Of a stretch of 64,000 nucleotides of DNA, positions 37,544 through 47,153 are shown piece after piece. The position numbers and the translations under genes were made by a program. Location of the stretch: contig DATAVM010000032.1 in assembly GCA_036267775.1 (NCBI GenBank), positions 23,209 to 87,208 of the forward strand. The letters are read 5' to 3'. Under the pieces are notes generated by a model. It searched no databases and had not been told where the DNA came from. It was given only the letters and a program-made list of their open reading frames with translations. Positions within the stretch are counted from its first letter, which is position 1; every line of letters starts with the position of its first letter. The stretch comes from Gemmatimonadales bacterium. GTDB taxonomy: Bacteria > Gemmatimonadota > Gemmatimonadetes > Gemmatimonadales > GWC2-71-9.

Positions 37544-38316
37544 GGATCACGCTCAAGGTGTGGCGTCAGCCGGGACCGGCGGTGGCCGGAGCCTTTCACA
37601 CGTATCACGCGGACGATGTCAGCCCCGACATGTCCTTCCTCGAGATGCTGGATGTGGTCAACGAGGATCTCACGGCAAAGGGCGAAGAGCCGATCGCGTT
37701 CGATCATGATTGCCGCGAAGGGATCTGCGGCACCTGCTCGCTGATGATCGATGGCGTTCCTCACGGCCCCAAGCGGGCGACGACGACCTGCCAGCTCCAC
37801 ATGCGGACCTACGAGGATGGCGACGTCATCGTGGTCGAGCCGTGGCGCGCCTCGGCGTTTCCGGTGCTCCGGGATCTGGTCGTGGACCGCACCGCCTTTG
37901 ACCGGATCATCCAGGCGGGCGGGTTTGTCACCGCGCCCACCGGCTCGGCGCAGGACGGGAATGCCATGCTGATTCCCAAGGAAGTCTCCGATCTGGCCAT
38001 GGACGCGGCGGCCTGCATCGGTTGTGGGGCGTGCGTCGCAGCCTGCCCCAATGGTTCGGCTACGCTGTTCACGGCCGCCAAAGTCAGCCATCTTGCACTC
38101 CTGCCCCAGGGGCAGCCGGAGCGCCAGCGCCGAGTGCAGGCGATGGTCCGGCAGATGGACGCCGAGGGTTTTGGCGGATGCAGCAACTTTGGTGAATGCG
38201 AGGCCGCATGTCCCAAGGAGATTTCGCTGGAAAATATCGCGCGGATGAATCGCGAGCTGTTGCGCGCGACGTTGGCCCAACGGCCGGCGGGACGCATGGA
38301 AAGCGGCGCCGGCTGA
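37540..38316 (+). CDS. sdhB: succinate dehydrogenase/fumarate reductase iron-sulfur subunit
   Basis: Internal Met of ORF 37156..38316. [10 protein letters not shown] (2Fe-2S), [24 protein letters not shown]. Confidence 0.9.
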   Translation: MRITLKVWRQPGPAVAGAFHTYHADDVSPDMSFLEMLDVVNEDLTAKGEEPIAFDHDCREGICGTCSLMIDGVPHGPKRATTTCQLHMRTYEDGDVIVVEPWRASAFPVLRDLVVDRTAFDRIIQAGGFVTAPTGSAQDGNAMLIPKEVSDLAMDAAACIGCGACVAACPNGSATLFTAAKVSHLALLPQGQPERQRRVQAMVRQMDAEGFGGCSNFGECEAACPKEISLENIARMNRELLRATLAQRPAGRMESGAG

Positions 38317-38351
38317 GGCTTTGGCCGCGCCGCCGTGGCGCCGGTGCGCTG

Positions 38352-40097
38352 ATGCTTGCGATGTTCCTTGCCGCGTGCAGTTCTTCTGATTCCAATACCG
38401 CCCCCCCACCGACCGTTCCGCCAGTCGTGTCGTTGCGCGCCGTGAGTGCGTCGACGGTCACTGAGTGTCTGAGCCTGCCCGTCAATCTGTACGTGCAGGT
38501 TCTCGACACTCTCAACCGACCGGTCGTCGGCGCGCTCGTTTCGTGGTCGGTCGTGACCGGGCACGGTGCGGTGGTCTCGTCAGCGTCCGGTAAGACCGAC
38601 GGCCTCGGCTACAACACCGGCACGTACCTGGTCGGGACTGCGGTCGAAGGAGCTACGGTCACCGCAACCGTCGTCGGTGCGCCGGCGGCGGTGACGTACT
38701 CGGTGCAAAGCGTCTCGCCGTGTCCGGTGCGGGGTGTCGTGACAGCGGGAGGCGGGCAGGTCGCGGACGTCGGCGTGACATTGCCGACGCTGCTGCAGTT
38801 GCAGGTGCTCAATGACAGCGGCCCGGTCATCGGGCGTGCGGTGACGTGGAATGTGGTTTCCGGCGGCGGATCGGTCGTACCGCTGGGTGCGAGCAGCGAT
38901 TCGAGCGGCAACGCGTTCGCGCGCTTTACGCTCGGCAGCTCGGGTACGACACAGTCCGTGCAGGCCGTCATCACCGGCGTCAGCACGCCGGTCGTCTTTG
39001 GCGAGACCGCGCTCGACCCCGCCGCGACTCCGGTGCTTGTGGCGAACGTGCCTGCACCGGCGGGCGCCACGTATGACCACGACAGCTTTGTGCGCGACGG
39101 CCTGGCGTTCGTGTGCGACTGGAACATGGGCGTGCGGATCTACGATGTGGGCAATGGCATGGCGAGTGGCAGCCCGGCGCATCCGCAACTGATCTCCTCG
39201 CTCATCACCAGCGATGACGGCGTGCCCGGTGGGCCGGCCGTGCACAATGCGTGGTGGTTTCACAATCCGGTGAGCGGCGAGAACCGCTACCTCTTCATCG
39301 GACAGGAAGGTCCAGCGGTCGTCGGCAGTACGTCGTCGGGCGACATTCACATTGTCGACGTATCGAATCTGGCGCATCCGGTCGAGACGGGGTTCATTCA
39401 CATTCCGGGAGCTGGCACGCACAATTTCTGGATGGACGAAGCGAACCAGATTCTCTATGCCGCGTACTACAACGGCGGCGTGATCGCCGTGGATGTGTCC
39501 GGCGAACTGTCGGGCGACATGTCGTCACGCATACGGACTGAAGTGATGCCCGGTGGTTCGGGCAACACCTATGTCTGGGGCGTGATGCTTGCGAACGGCA
39601 CGCTTTACGCCGCGGACATGCTCAGCGGACTCTGGGCACTCAACCCAGGGTCGCTCGCGACCAAGGGTGGTGGCAACAATGTCCCGGCGCGGTATACGTC
39701 GGATCTCTGGGTCGACGGCCAGTACGCGTACACCGGCGGCTGGGGTGCGCGCGCCGTCGCCGGGAACATCATCAACATCTGGTCGCTTGGCGCGAATGGC
39801 GCGCCGGCGCTCGCGGATTCGATCCTGATTCCGGGGATTACCACCGTGAGCGATATCGCGGTCTCCGACGACCACAAGCGGCTGGTGGCAACGGCGGAGG
39901 GCGGCGCCGGGGCCGGGCTCTACGTGTTCGATCTCGTGGATCCGGCGCATCCGGTGCTGCGGGGCAGAGTCCTGGTACCGCAGGGATTGCATACCGGCGA
40001 GCTTGCGACGATCAACGGCAGGAGTTACGTCTTTGCGGCGGTTGATCCCTCGGCGCAGGGGATGAACATCTACGACATTACCAACGTCGTGCAGTGA
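38352..40097 (+). CDS. lipoprotein: two Ig-like (Big-type) domains plus LVIVD-repeat-like beta-propeller
   Basis: Internal Met of ORF 38196..40097. Lipobox MLAMFLAAC. Two repeats of the pattern V..LD..N/G.PV.G..V.W.V..G.G...TD..G. Then the recurring hydrophobic-x-[IV]-x-D-[VI] blades IYDVGNG, IHIVDVSN, VIAVDVSG, LYVFDLVD, NIYDITN. Confidence 0.6.
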   Translation: MLAMFLAACSSSDSNTAPPPTVPPVVSLRAVSASTVTECLSLPVNLYVQVLDTLNRPVVGALVSWSVVTGHGAVVSSASGKTDGLGYNTGTYLVGTAVEGATVTATVVGAPAAVTYSVQSVSPCPVRGVVTAGGGQVADVGVTLPTLLQLQVLNDSGPVIGRAVTWNVVSGGGSVVPLGASSDSSGNAFARFTLGSSGTTQSVQAVITGVSTPVVFGETALDPAATPVLVANVPAPAGATYDHDSFVRDGLAFVCDWNMGVRIYDVGNGMASGSPAHPQLISSLITSDDGVPGGPAVHNAWWFHNPVSGENRYLFIGQEGPAVVGSTSSGDIHIVDVSNLAHPVETGFIHIPGAGTHNFWMDEANQILYAAYYNGGVIAVDVSGELSGDMSSRIRTEVMPGGSGNTYVWGVMLANGTLYAADMLSGLWALNPGSLATKGGGNNVPARYTSDLWVDGQYAYTGGWGARAVAGNIINIWSLGANGAPALADSILIPGITTVSDIAVSDDHKRLVATAEGGAGAGLYVFDLVDPAHPVLRGRVLVPQGLHTGELATINGRSYVFAAVDPSAQGMNIYDITNVVQ

Positions 40098-40110
40098 ACT
40101 GAGGAAATAC

Positions 40111-41391
40111 GTGTCTGTGCGAAGCCTTCGTCGATGTCGTTCCACCGCTTCCGTGGCGCTGATCCTGATTGCGTGGCCCGTGACCGTCCTCGGCGCCCAG
40201 GGCTTCAACATCACACCGATGGGTCAGCTGATCTTTACTGTCGACCATTCCGATCCGGTCCCCGGCGGCGGCTCGCTCACGGAAGCGCGCGTGGTGCAGC
40301 CGGTGCTGATGCTCGACGGAAGCGCCTTTGGCGGCAAACTCGCGTTTGTCGCCACGGCGGACTTTGAAGGACTGACGATCCCGCATGGCGAACTGACGCC
40401 GGGTGCGTGGGGTGAAGGCTTCGTCGATCGCCGCCATCCGCATACCTATGCGCACGAACTGACAGTTGCGGGCAACGATCTTCTCGGCCGCCTCGACGGA
40501 TCAGGGCGTCTCGGCGTCGTGGTGGGCAAGGGGTTCGTTCCGTTCGGGACGGATGACCCGATGTCCCGGCCCTTTGTACGGTATCCGGTCAATCACCATC
40601 TGGCGCAGATCCTCGAGCGCGCGATCGGTGTCGTCCAGTACGGGCTCGGGCCGGTGACGATCGAAGCCGCGCTGTTCAATGGCGACGAGCCGACCAGGCC
40701 AGGCGATTGGCCGGTGATCAGGACGCCGCAGGGAACCTGGCGGTTTGGCGATTCACGCGCAGCGCGAGTCACGGTGCGGCCGGTGCAGCACTTCGAAGTG
40801 CAGGGATCACTCGCCCGTGTCAGCTCGCCAGAGAACCGTGACGGTGGTGGTCCGGAGGTCTACAAGGCCTCCACTTCAGCACGCTGGGACGATCATCCCT
40901 CGTGGGGTGAGCGGTACGTGTTGATCGAGTGGGAGCGTTCGGACGAACTCGGCAACTTCCTGGTGCTGCATTCACTTCTGGCCGAAGCGATGGTCCGCCG
41001 CGGACGCTTTGCGCTTTCCTATCGCTTTGAGCGGACCGATCGGCCGGAGGAGCCGCGGCTCGTCGATCCGTTTCGAACGGTCTATCCCAATCCGGACAAC
41101 GACATCGCCGGGATCACGCGCTGGACGCTGCACACGCTTCACCTGAGCGCAGATCTCTTCCCCCACGGCACACACCTCGGCCTGCAGCCGTACATCGAGG
41201 TGACGCGAGGCTCCGTTGCATCCGTGGCTGGTGGAGTCTTTGATCCGTTTACGGAGTACGGCACCGACGATGTGAACGCGCTCAATGTCGGCCTCAAGGT
41301 CGACTGGGGAATGGCCGGTCACCGGATGGGCCGTTACGGTGTGCTCGATGAGCCGATGATGATGATGCCCCCGGGCGCGATGAGGATGTGA
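40111..41391 (+). CDS. hypothetical exported protein, possible outer-membrane beta-barrel, with His cluster and Met-rich C-terminus
   Basis: GAGGA lies 6 nt before GTG 40111. Signal peptide (VALILIAWPVTVLGAQG). Alternating hydrophobic patterns. RRHPHTYAHE, and C-terminal GHRMGRYGVLDEPMMMMPPGAMRM. No family recognised by eye. Confidence 0.5.
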   Translation: MSVRSLRRCRSTASVALILIAWPVTVLGAQGFNITPMGQLIFTVDHSDPVPGGGSLTEARVVQPVLMLDGSAFGGKLAFVATADFEGLTIPHGELTPGAWGEGFVDRRHPHTYAHELTVAGNDLLGRLDGSGRLGVVVGKGFVPFGTDDPMSRPFVRYPVNHHLAQILERAIGVVQYGLGPVTIEAALFNGDEPTRPGDWPVIRTPQGTWRFGDSRAARVTVRPVQHFEVQGSLARVSSPENRDGGGPEVYKASTSARWDDHPSWGERYVLIEWERSDELGNFLVLHSLLAEAMVRRGRFALSYRFERTDRPEEPRLVDPFRTVYPNPDNDIAGITRWTLHTLHLSADLFPHGTHLGLQPYIEVTRGSVASVAGGVFDPFTEYGTDDVNALNVGLKVDWGMAGHRMGRYGVLDEPMMMMPPGAMRM

Positions 41392-42599
41392 TGCGCGATC
41401 ACGCCGTTGCTCGATGGTGGCTTGTCCGCGCCAGCTGGCCACTGGCAGCGGCGTGCATCGCGCTGGCGAGCTGCTCGCCGGAAAGCGCGTCGGCCGGTGC
41501 GGGCACCACTGTGGTCGACTCGGTCAGACTCGTCGCAAGTATTCCGGTGCTCCCCAACTACGGCGCGCACGACACGTTCGTGCGTGATGGCCTCGCGTTC
41601 CTCTGCGCGTGGAATACCGGCGTGCTCATCTATGACGTGGGCAACGGCGTGAAAGGCGGCAGTCCGTCCAATCCGCAACTCATCTCATCGCTGGTGACGA
41701 GCGCGGATGGCGTCGCGGCAGGGCCCGAAGTGCACAACGCGTGGTGGTTTCAGAATCCGGTGACCGGCGAGAAGAAGTACCTGTTCATCGGCCAGGAAGG
41801 TCCGGGAACGGTGGGGACGTCCTCCAGCGGAGACATTCACATTGTCAACGTCTCCAATCTGGCCGCACCGGTGGAAGTCGGCTTCATTCACATCAACGGC
41901 GCCGGCACGCACAATTTCTGGATGGATGAGTCGCGCCAGATCCTCTACGCCGCGTATTACAACGGTGGTGTCGTCGCGATCGACGTGTCGGGCACACTGA
42001 GCGGCGACATGTCAAACCGCATCATTCATGAGGTGACGCCAGGCGGTCCGAACAACACGTACGTCTGGGGCGTCATGCTGTCAGGCAACACGCTGTACGC
42101 GACCGACATGGTGAGCGGCTTCTGGGCGCTCGATCCGGTCACGCTCGCGACCAAGGGCGGCGGCAACAACGTCCCCGAGCGCTACGGGTCGGATCAGTGG
42201 GTGGTCGGCACTGTCGCGTATAGCGGGACGTGGGGTGGTTTCTTTCGCACCAAGGGCGTGCCGGGGAATGTCGTCAAGGTCTGGCAACTCGATGGCAATG
42301 GAATTCCCACGCTCGCCGACTCCGTAGTGATTGCGAACACCGGGACCATCAGCGACGTGGCGGTCAGCCCCGATGGCAAGGCATTGGTGATCACCACCGA
42401 AGGAGGTACCGGTGCGGGTTTGCACGTGTTCAGCCGGGCCAATCCACTCAAGCCGGTGGAAGTGGCGTTCGTCTACGTGCCGCAAGGCCTCCATACCGGC
42501 GAAACCAGGGTGGTCAACGGTCGCACGTATGTCTTTGCGGCGCAGGACCCCGATCTGCCCGCGCTCAACATCTACGACATCACCGGCGTGGTGCCGTAA
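41388..42599 (+). CDS. lipoprotein, LVIVD-repeat-like beta-propeller (paralog of the C-terminal two-thirds of 38352..40097)
   Basis: ATGA overlap with the upstream gene. Lipobox IALASC. Long identical runs with 38352..40097 (HNAWWF, YLFIGQEGP, SSSGDIHIV, GAGTHNFWMDE, ILYAAYYNGGV, NTYVWGVML, LATKGGGNNVP, NIYDIT). Confidence 0.6.
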   Translation: MMRDHAVARWWLVRASWPLAAACIALASCSPESASAGAGTTVVDSVRLVASIPVLPNYGAHDTFVRDGLAFLCAWNTGVLIYDVGNGVKGGSPSNPQLISSLVTSADGVAAGPEVHNAWWFQNPVTGEKKYLFIGQEGPGTVGTSSSGDIHIVNVSNLAAPVEVGFIHINGAGTHNFWMDESRQILYAAYYNGGVVAIDVSGTLSGDMSNRIIHEVTPGGPNNTYVWGVMLSGNTLYATDMVSGFWALDPVTLATKGGGNNVPERYGSDQWVVGTVAYSGTWGGFFRTKGVPGNVVKVWQLDGNGIPTLADSVVIANTGTISDVAVSPDGKALVITTEGGTGAGLHVFSRANPLKPVEVAFVYVPQGLHTGETRVVNGRTYVFAAQDPDLPALNIYDITGVVP

Positions 42600-42632
42600 C
42601 CGGCATACGCGGCGGGCCGTTATCTTTGGGAG

Positions 42633-44792
42633 ATGCCTTCCAACCCTTTGCCCGGGCCATCCGTGCGCCAGCGTCTCCTGCTCATTGCGTGCTTTGCCGC
42701 TTCTCTTGCGACCCCTGCCGCGGCCCAGCAGATCGCCGGCTTCAGCGCGGCGGATGCGACCAGGGAGCTAGCGCTCGACGCGCGCCTCCAATTGGTGCCC
42801 GATACGATGTCGGCCAGGGTCTTTACCCATGTGCTCGCCGGCAAGCCGCACGTGGCCGGAACGCCTGCGCAGATCGAAACCGCCAACTACGTCCTGACGC
42901 AGATGAAGAGCTGGGGGCTCGATACCTCGCGCGTAGCATTTCGCGTATACATGCCGTATCACGACTCCACCATTGTCGAACGCATCACACCCACACGCCA
43001 GCGCCTCGATCTGAGCGAGCCGCCGATTGTCGGCGATCCAACCACGGCGCTTCCCAACCAATGGCCGGCCATGAACGGCAACTCCGGCGCGGGTGATGTG
43101 ACCGCTCCGCTCGTGTACGTGAACTATGGCCTTCCCACCGATTACCAGCGTCTCGATTCGCTGGGAATATCGGTGAAGGGCAAAGTGGCGATCGCGCGCT
43201 ACGGGCAGTCGTTCCGCGGCATCAAGGCGCGCGAGGCCGAGAGTCATGGCGCGGTGGCCTTGCTGATCTACTCTGATCCGCAGGACGATGGCTTTGTGCG
43301 CGGCCCCGTTTATCCCGAAGGTCCGTATCGCCCCGCGCAGGGTGTGCAGCGCGGGTCGATCTATAACGGCGACGGCGATCCGACCACGCCGGGCTGGGCG
43401 TCGACCGCCAACGCCCGGCGTGTGCCCGAGGATTCACTCGACGTGGCGCACATTCCGGTGGTGCCGATCGGCTACGGCAACGCCGACTCATTGATGAAGG
43501 ACATGGGCGGTCCCGCCGTGCCTTCTTCTGCCGGCCGTGGTGGCTGGCAGGGCGGCATGACGTTCCCCTATCACCTTGGCGATGGCTCGGTGAAGGTGCG
43601 GGTGGCGGTTTGGCCACAGCGCGGGGCCAAGGCCTACAAGAACATCTACGATACGTTCGGCACCATTCGCGGCAGCGAATTTCCCAATGAGATGGTGATC
43701 ATTGGCGGCCATCGCGACGCGTGGGGTCCTGGTGCGGACGACAACGTGTCCGGCACAGTGAGCATCATGGAAGCGGCGCACGCCTGGGGCGATGCGCTCA
43801 AGGCGGGGATCCGTCCCAAGCGTACCATCGTCTTTGCCACGTGGGACGCCGAGGAGTGGGGCCTGGTCGGGTCGACCGAATGGGTGGAGCTCAAGAGCCA
43901 GGAGCTCAAGGCGGACGCCGTCGCCTATATCAATGAAGACGAATCCGCCGCGGGTACCAACTTCAGCGCGAGCGGCACGGCCTCTCTGCAGGGCATGCTG
44001 CGCGACGCGACCAAAGTGGTCCGCGCTCCAGTCGACACCGGCTCGGTCTACGCGCGCTGGTCCTCCGGCGGCGGCCGCGGTGGACGCGGCGGTGCGGCCC
44101 CCAGCGCCGAACCACGGATGGGCGACCTGGGCGGCGGTTCCGATTTTGGCGCCTTCTACAACGGTCTCGGCATTCCCTCACTCGAGTTCGGCTTTGGCGG
44201 TAGTGGCGGCGGCATTTATCACTCCGCCTACGATACGTACACGCACATGGAGCGCTTTGGCGATCCCGGCTATCTGGGCCATGCCGCGGCGGGACGCGTG
44301 GGTGCAGTGCTCGTCGGCCGGCTCGCTGATGCCGATATCATTCCCTACGATTTCAGTGCGCTCGGCGCCTATCTCGGCCAGCTGCTGCAACGCGTCACGC
44401 GCGACCCCTCGCTCGATGCCGCGGGCGTGGCTGACGCGTCGCTTGCGATGGCACAGTTTGATAGTGCGGGCCGGCGCTTTGATGCGGCGCGCGACGCGGC
44501 GCTCACCGGCGCACCGCTCGCGGCGACGCGGCTGGCCAAGGTCAACGCCGATCTCCGGAAGGTGGAGTTGCAGCTGACGCGCCCGCAGGGACTGGTGGGG
44601 CGGCCATTCATGAAGAATCTGGTCTTTGCGTCGGATCGCGATAACGGCTATGCGAATATCGCGTTGCCGAGTGTGGCGGAAGCGTTGCGGGACCACAACG
44701 CGACACTGGCGGGGAAGGAACTGTCCGACCTGGCCGCGCACGTGCGGGCGGCCACGGCGGCGGTCAATACGGCGACGTCAGATCTTCGGTAG
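42633..44792 (+). CDS. M28 peptidase of the glutamate carboxypeptidase II / transferrin-receptor-like type (PA + M28 + dimerisation domains)
   Basis: Signal peptide. [21 protein letters not shown]...GKVAIARYG (PA), [50 protein letters not shown] and a C-terminal helical region. Confidence 0.8.
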   Translation: MPSNPLPGPSVRQRLLLIACFAASLATPAAAQQIAGFSAADATRELALDARLQLVPDTMSARVFTHVLAGKPHVAGTPAQIETANYVLTQMKSWGLDTSRVAFRVYMPYHDSTIVERITPTRQRLDLSEPPIVGDPTTALPNQWPAMNGNSGAGDVTAPLVYVNYGLPTDYQRLDSLGISVKGKVAIARYGQSFRGIKAREAESHGAVALLIYSDPQDDGFVRGPVYPEGPYRPAQGVQRGSIYNGDGDPTTPGWASTANARRVPEDSLDVAHIPVVPIGYGNADSLMKDMGGPAVPSSAGRGGWQGGMTFPYHLGDGSVKVRVAVWPQRGAKAYKNIYDTFGTIRGSEFPNEMVIIGGHRDAWGPGADDNVSGTVSIMEAAHAWGDALKAGIRPKRTIVFATWDAEEWGLVGSTEWVELKSQELKADAVAYINEDESAAGTNFSASGTASLQGMLRDATKVVRAPVDTGSVYARWSSGGGRGGRGGAAPSAEPRMGDLGGGSDFGAFYNGLGIPSLEFGFGGSGGGIYHSAYDTYTHMERFGDPGYLGHAAAGRVGAVLVGRLADADIIPYDFSALGAYLGQLLQRVTRDPSLDAAGVADASLAMAQFDSAGRRFDAARDAALTGAPLAATRLAKVNADLRKVELQLTRPQGLVGRPFMKNLVFASDRDNGYANIALPSVAEALRDHNATLAGKELSDLAAHVRAATAAVNTATSDLR

Positions 44793-45338
44793 CGTCACGC
44801 CGCGCTGCGCCTGGTACTTGCCCTTCTTGTCGGCGTAGCTCGTTTCGCAGATGTCGTCGGCGTCGGCTTCAAAAAAGAGAACCTGGCAGATCCCCTCGTT
44901 CGCGTAGATGCGGGCGGGGAGCGGCGTGGTGTTGCTGATTTCCAGCGTCACATGGCCTTCCCACTCGGGTTCGAACGGCGTGACGTTGGTGATGATGCCG
45001 CACCGCGCGTAGGTCGACTTGCCCACGCAGATCGTCAGCACCTCGCGCGGAATCCGGAAGTACTCCACCGACCGGGCCAGCGCGAACGAGTTGGGCGGCA
45101 CGACGCAGACATCGCCCTTGAACTCGACAAAGCTCTTGTCGTCAAAGTGCTTGGGATCGACGATGGCGGAGAGCACGTTGGTGAAGATCCGGAAATCGTC
45201 GGCCACGCGCATGTCGTAGCCATAGGACGAGACGCCATAGGAGATGGCGCCGGCACGGACCTGACCGTCGACGAAGGGCTCGATCATCTGATGATCGCGA
45301 GCCATCCGGCGGATCCAGCGATCGGATTTGATGGACAT
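44778..45338 (-). CDS. dcd: dCTP deaminase
   Basis: Internal Met of ORF 44778..45413(-). [13 protein letters not shown]...[72 protein letters not shown]. Confidence 0.9.
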   Translation of the reverse strand: MSIKSDRWIRRMARDHQMIEPFVDGQVRAGAISYGVSSYGYDMRVADDFRIFTNVLSAIVDPKHFDDKSFVEFKGDVCVVPPNSFALARSVEYFRIPREVLTICVGKSTYARCGIITNVTPFEPEWEGHVTLEISNTTPLPARIYANEGICQVLFFEADADDICETSYADKKGKYQAQRGVTLPKI

Positions 45339-45381
45339 GGGGGCGGAATATAGATGGACGTGGCGATCAGAGACCGGGACG

Positions 45382-45454
45382 TGAGACCTCAAACCCGAGA
45401 GCCACTCGGTCAAGGTCTCAGGTCTCCAGGCTCAGGTCCCCAGTCTCAGGCCCC
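45382..45454. repeat. composite hairpin (TGAGACC/GGTCTCA outer, CCGAG/CTCGG inner) followed by degenerate GGTCTC-like heptamer tract
   Basis: 45382-45388 pairs with 45414-45420 (7 bp), and 45395-45399 pairs with 45405-45409 (5 bp). Then GGTCTCA GGTCTCCA GGCTCA GGTCCCCA GTCTCA GGCCCC through 45454. Lies in the dcd/nuoA divergent intergenic region. Confidence 0.45.
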
Positions 45455-45496
45455 GACGTCGTTGAAATCACCCCCAAAATCCAATACCTTTGAGGT

Positions 45497-45512
45497 TGTG
45501 AAATTTTTCACG
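45497..45512. promoter_or_regulatory. CRP/FNR-family-like palindrome TGTGA-N6-TCACG immediately upstream of nuoA
   Basis: TGTGAAATTTTTCACG. Core GTGAAA-TT-TTTCAC is a perfect inverted repeat and the most AT-rich 14-mer in this intergenic region. It ends 14 nt before the nuoA ATG and abuts the GAGG RBS. Confidence 0.35.
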
Positions 45513-45526
45513 AGGCCGGGCGCCTG

Positions 45527-45892
45527 ATGCTACAGCCCTACATCCCGATACTCCTGCTTCTCGTCTTCGTCGCCCTGAACGCGGTCCTGATCATCGGGGC
45601 GTCGACGCTGCTGTCCAATCGCCGGCCCACGGCGGTCAAGGACGCGGCTTACGAATCGGGGATGCCGGTCATTGGCGACGCGCGGGAGCGCTTCTCGGTC
45701 AAGTATTACCTCGTGGCCATGCTCTTCATCATCTTCGACATCGAGACGGTCTTTCTCATCCCCTGGGCGGTGGCGTTTCAGCAACTCCGCGACCTGGGAG
45801 GCGTGCTCCTGCTGGAGATGCTGACCTTCGTGATCATTCTGGGCGTGGGCTACATCTACATCTGGAAGCGCGGGGCGCTCCAATGGGACTGA
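45527..45892 (+). CDS. nuoA: NADH-quinone oxidoreductase subunit A
   Basis: 121 aa, 3 TM segments. [40 protein letters not shown]. Confidence 0.9.
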   Translation: MLQPYIPILLLLVFVALNAVLIIGASTLLSNRRPTAVKDAAYESGMPVIGDARERFSVKYYLVAMLFIIFDIETVFLIPWAVAFQQLRDLGGVLLLEMLTFVIILGVGYIYIWKRGALQWD

Positions 45893-46500
45893 TCGTGCCA
45901 GGCCAGACGGACGCCGAGGCGGTGGAAACGATGTCGCCCAACTGGGTGACCACCCGGCTCGATTCGCTGGTCAACTGGGGACGTTCCAACTCGCTCTGGC
46001 CGATGCCGTTCGGCACTGCCTGCTGCGCCATCGAATACATGGCGACCGCGGCGTCGCGATTCGATATCGCGCGTTTTGGCATGGAGCGGCAGAGCTTCTC
46101 ACCCCGTCAGGCGGATGTGCTGATCTGCGCCGGCCGTCTCCCGTTCAAGCTGGCACCTGTCATCCGCCGCATCTGGGATCAGATGCCGCAGCCCAAGTGG
46201 GCGATCTCGATGGGTGCGTGCGCGTCGACCGGCGGGATCTTCGACAATTACGCGATGGTGCAGGGGATCGACACGATCATTCCGGTCGATGTATACGTGC
46301 CCGGCTGTCCGCCGCGCCCGGAAGGCCTGCTGTATGGCATCATGCTGCTGCAGAAGAAGATTCGCGGCGAATCGCTCCTCGATCCGCGCCTTCGGGTGGA
46401 GCACCTGGTCGGCGACGACGGGCTCTTCCGTCGTCCCGCCGATATCGACGAGGTGTCCGAACCGTTCGGCAACTCGGTGAGTCAGACGAGGTCCGGATGA
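45883..46500 (+). CDS. nuoB: NADH-quinone oxidoreductase subunit B
   Basis: [33 protein letters not shown] (N2 cluster ligands). Confidence 0.95.
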   Translation: MGLIVPGQTDAEAVETMSPNWVTTRLDSLVNWGRSNSLWPMPFGTACCAIEYMATAASRFDIARFGMERQSFSPRQADVLICAGRLPFKLAPVIRRIWDQMPQPKWAISMGACASTGGIFDNYAMVQGIDTIIPVDVYVPGCPPRPEGLLYGIMLLQKKIRGESLLDPRLRVEHLVGDDGLFRRPADIDEVSEPFGNSVSQTRSG

Positions 46501-47153
46501 CGGCTGCGGTGGTGGTGCCGAGCGAAGCCAAGGACCTGACGCTGGCGACGGCGACGGTGGCGGCACTCCAGGCGGCGTTTCCCGATGGCATCATCCGGAC
46601 CCAGGTATTCAGCGGGCAGATGGTCGTGTCGGTGTCACGCGATCGTGCGCACGCGATGCTGGCGTGGCTCAAGAACGATCCGGCGCAGCATTTCGACTAC
46701 CTGACCGATATCACCTGCGTCGAGTACCGCGACCCCGAGCTGCCGCTCGAAATGGTCTACCAGCTCCGCTCGCTGGCTCGCAAGGCCGATCTCCGCCTCA
46801 AGATCCCGCTACTGCCAGATGGCGTGCTGGAAGTGCAGTCGGTGCGCGATCTCTGGGCCGGCGCCGACTGGCTCGAGCGCGAGGTGTGGGACATGTTCGG
46901 CATCCGCTTTGCCGGGCATCCCGATCTGCGGCGCATTCTGATGTGGGAGACGTACAGCGAAGGCTTTCCGCTCAGGAAGTCCTTTCCCTTGCGCGGCCAC
47001 TGGTCGCGCGCCGAGCAGACGCGCCAGGCCTTGCTCGCAAATCCCGAGGCGTACTACTCGCTCGAGGAACTCTCGATCGCCGACGCGTACAACGAGTTGC
47101 CGGCGGACATGCGTGATCGTCTGGCCAAGAGCGGTCGGGGGCCATTGCCGTGA
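46497..47153 (+). CDS. nuoC: NADH-quinone oxidoreductase subunit C
   Basis: Internal Met of ORF 46197..47153. [36 protein letters not shown]. Confidence 0.9.
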   Translation: MTAAVVVPSEAKDLTLATATVAALQAAFPDGIIRTQVFSGQMVVSVSRDRAHAMLAWLKNDPAQHFDYLTDITCVEYRDPELPLEMVYQLRSLARKADLRLKIPLLPDGVLEVQSVRDLWAGADWLEREVWDMFGIRFAGHPDLRRILMWETYSEGFPLRKSFPLRGHWSRAEQTRQALLANPEAYYSLEELSIADAYNELPADMRDRLAKSGRGPLP

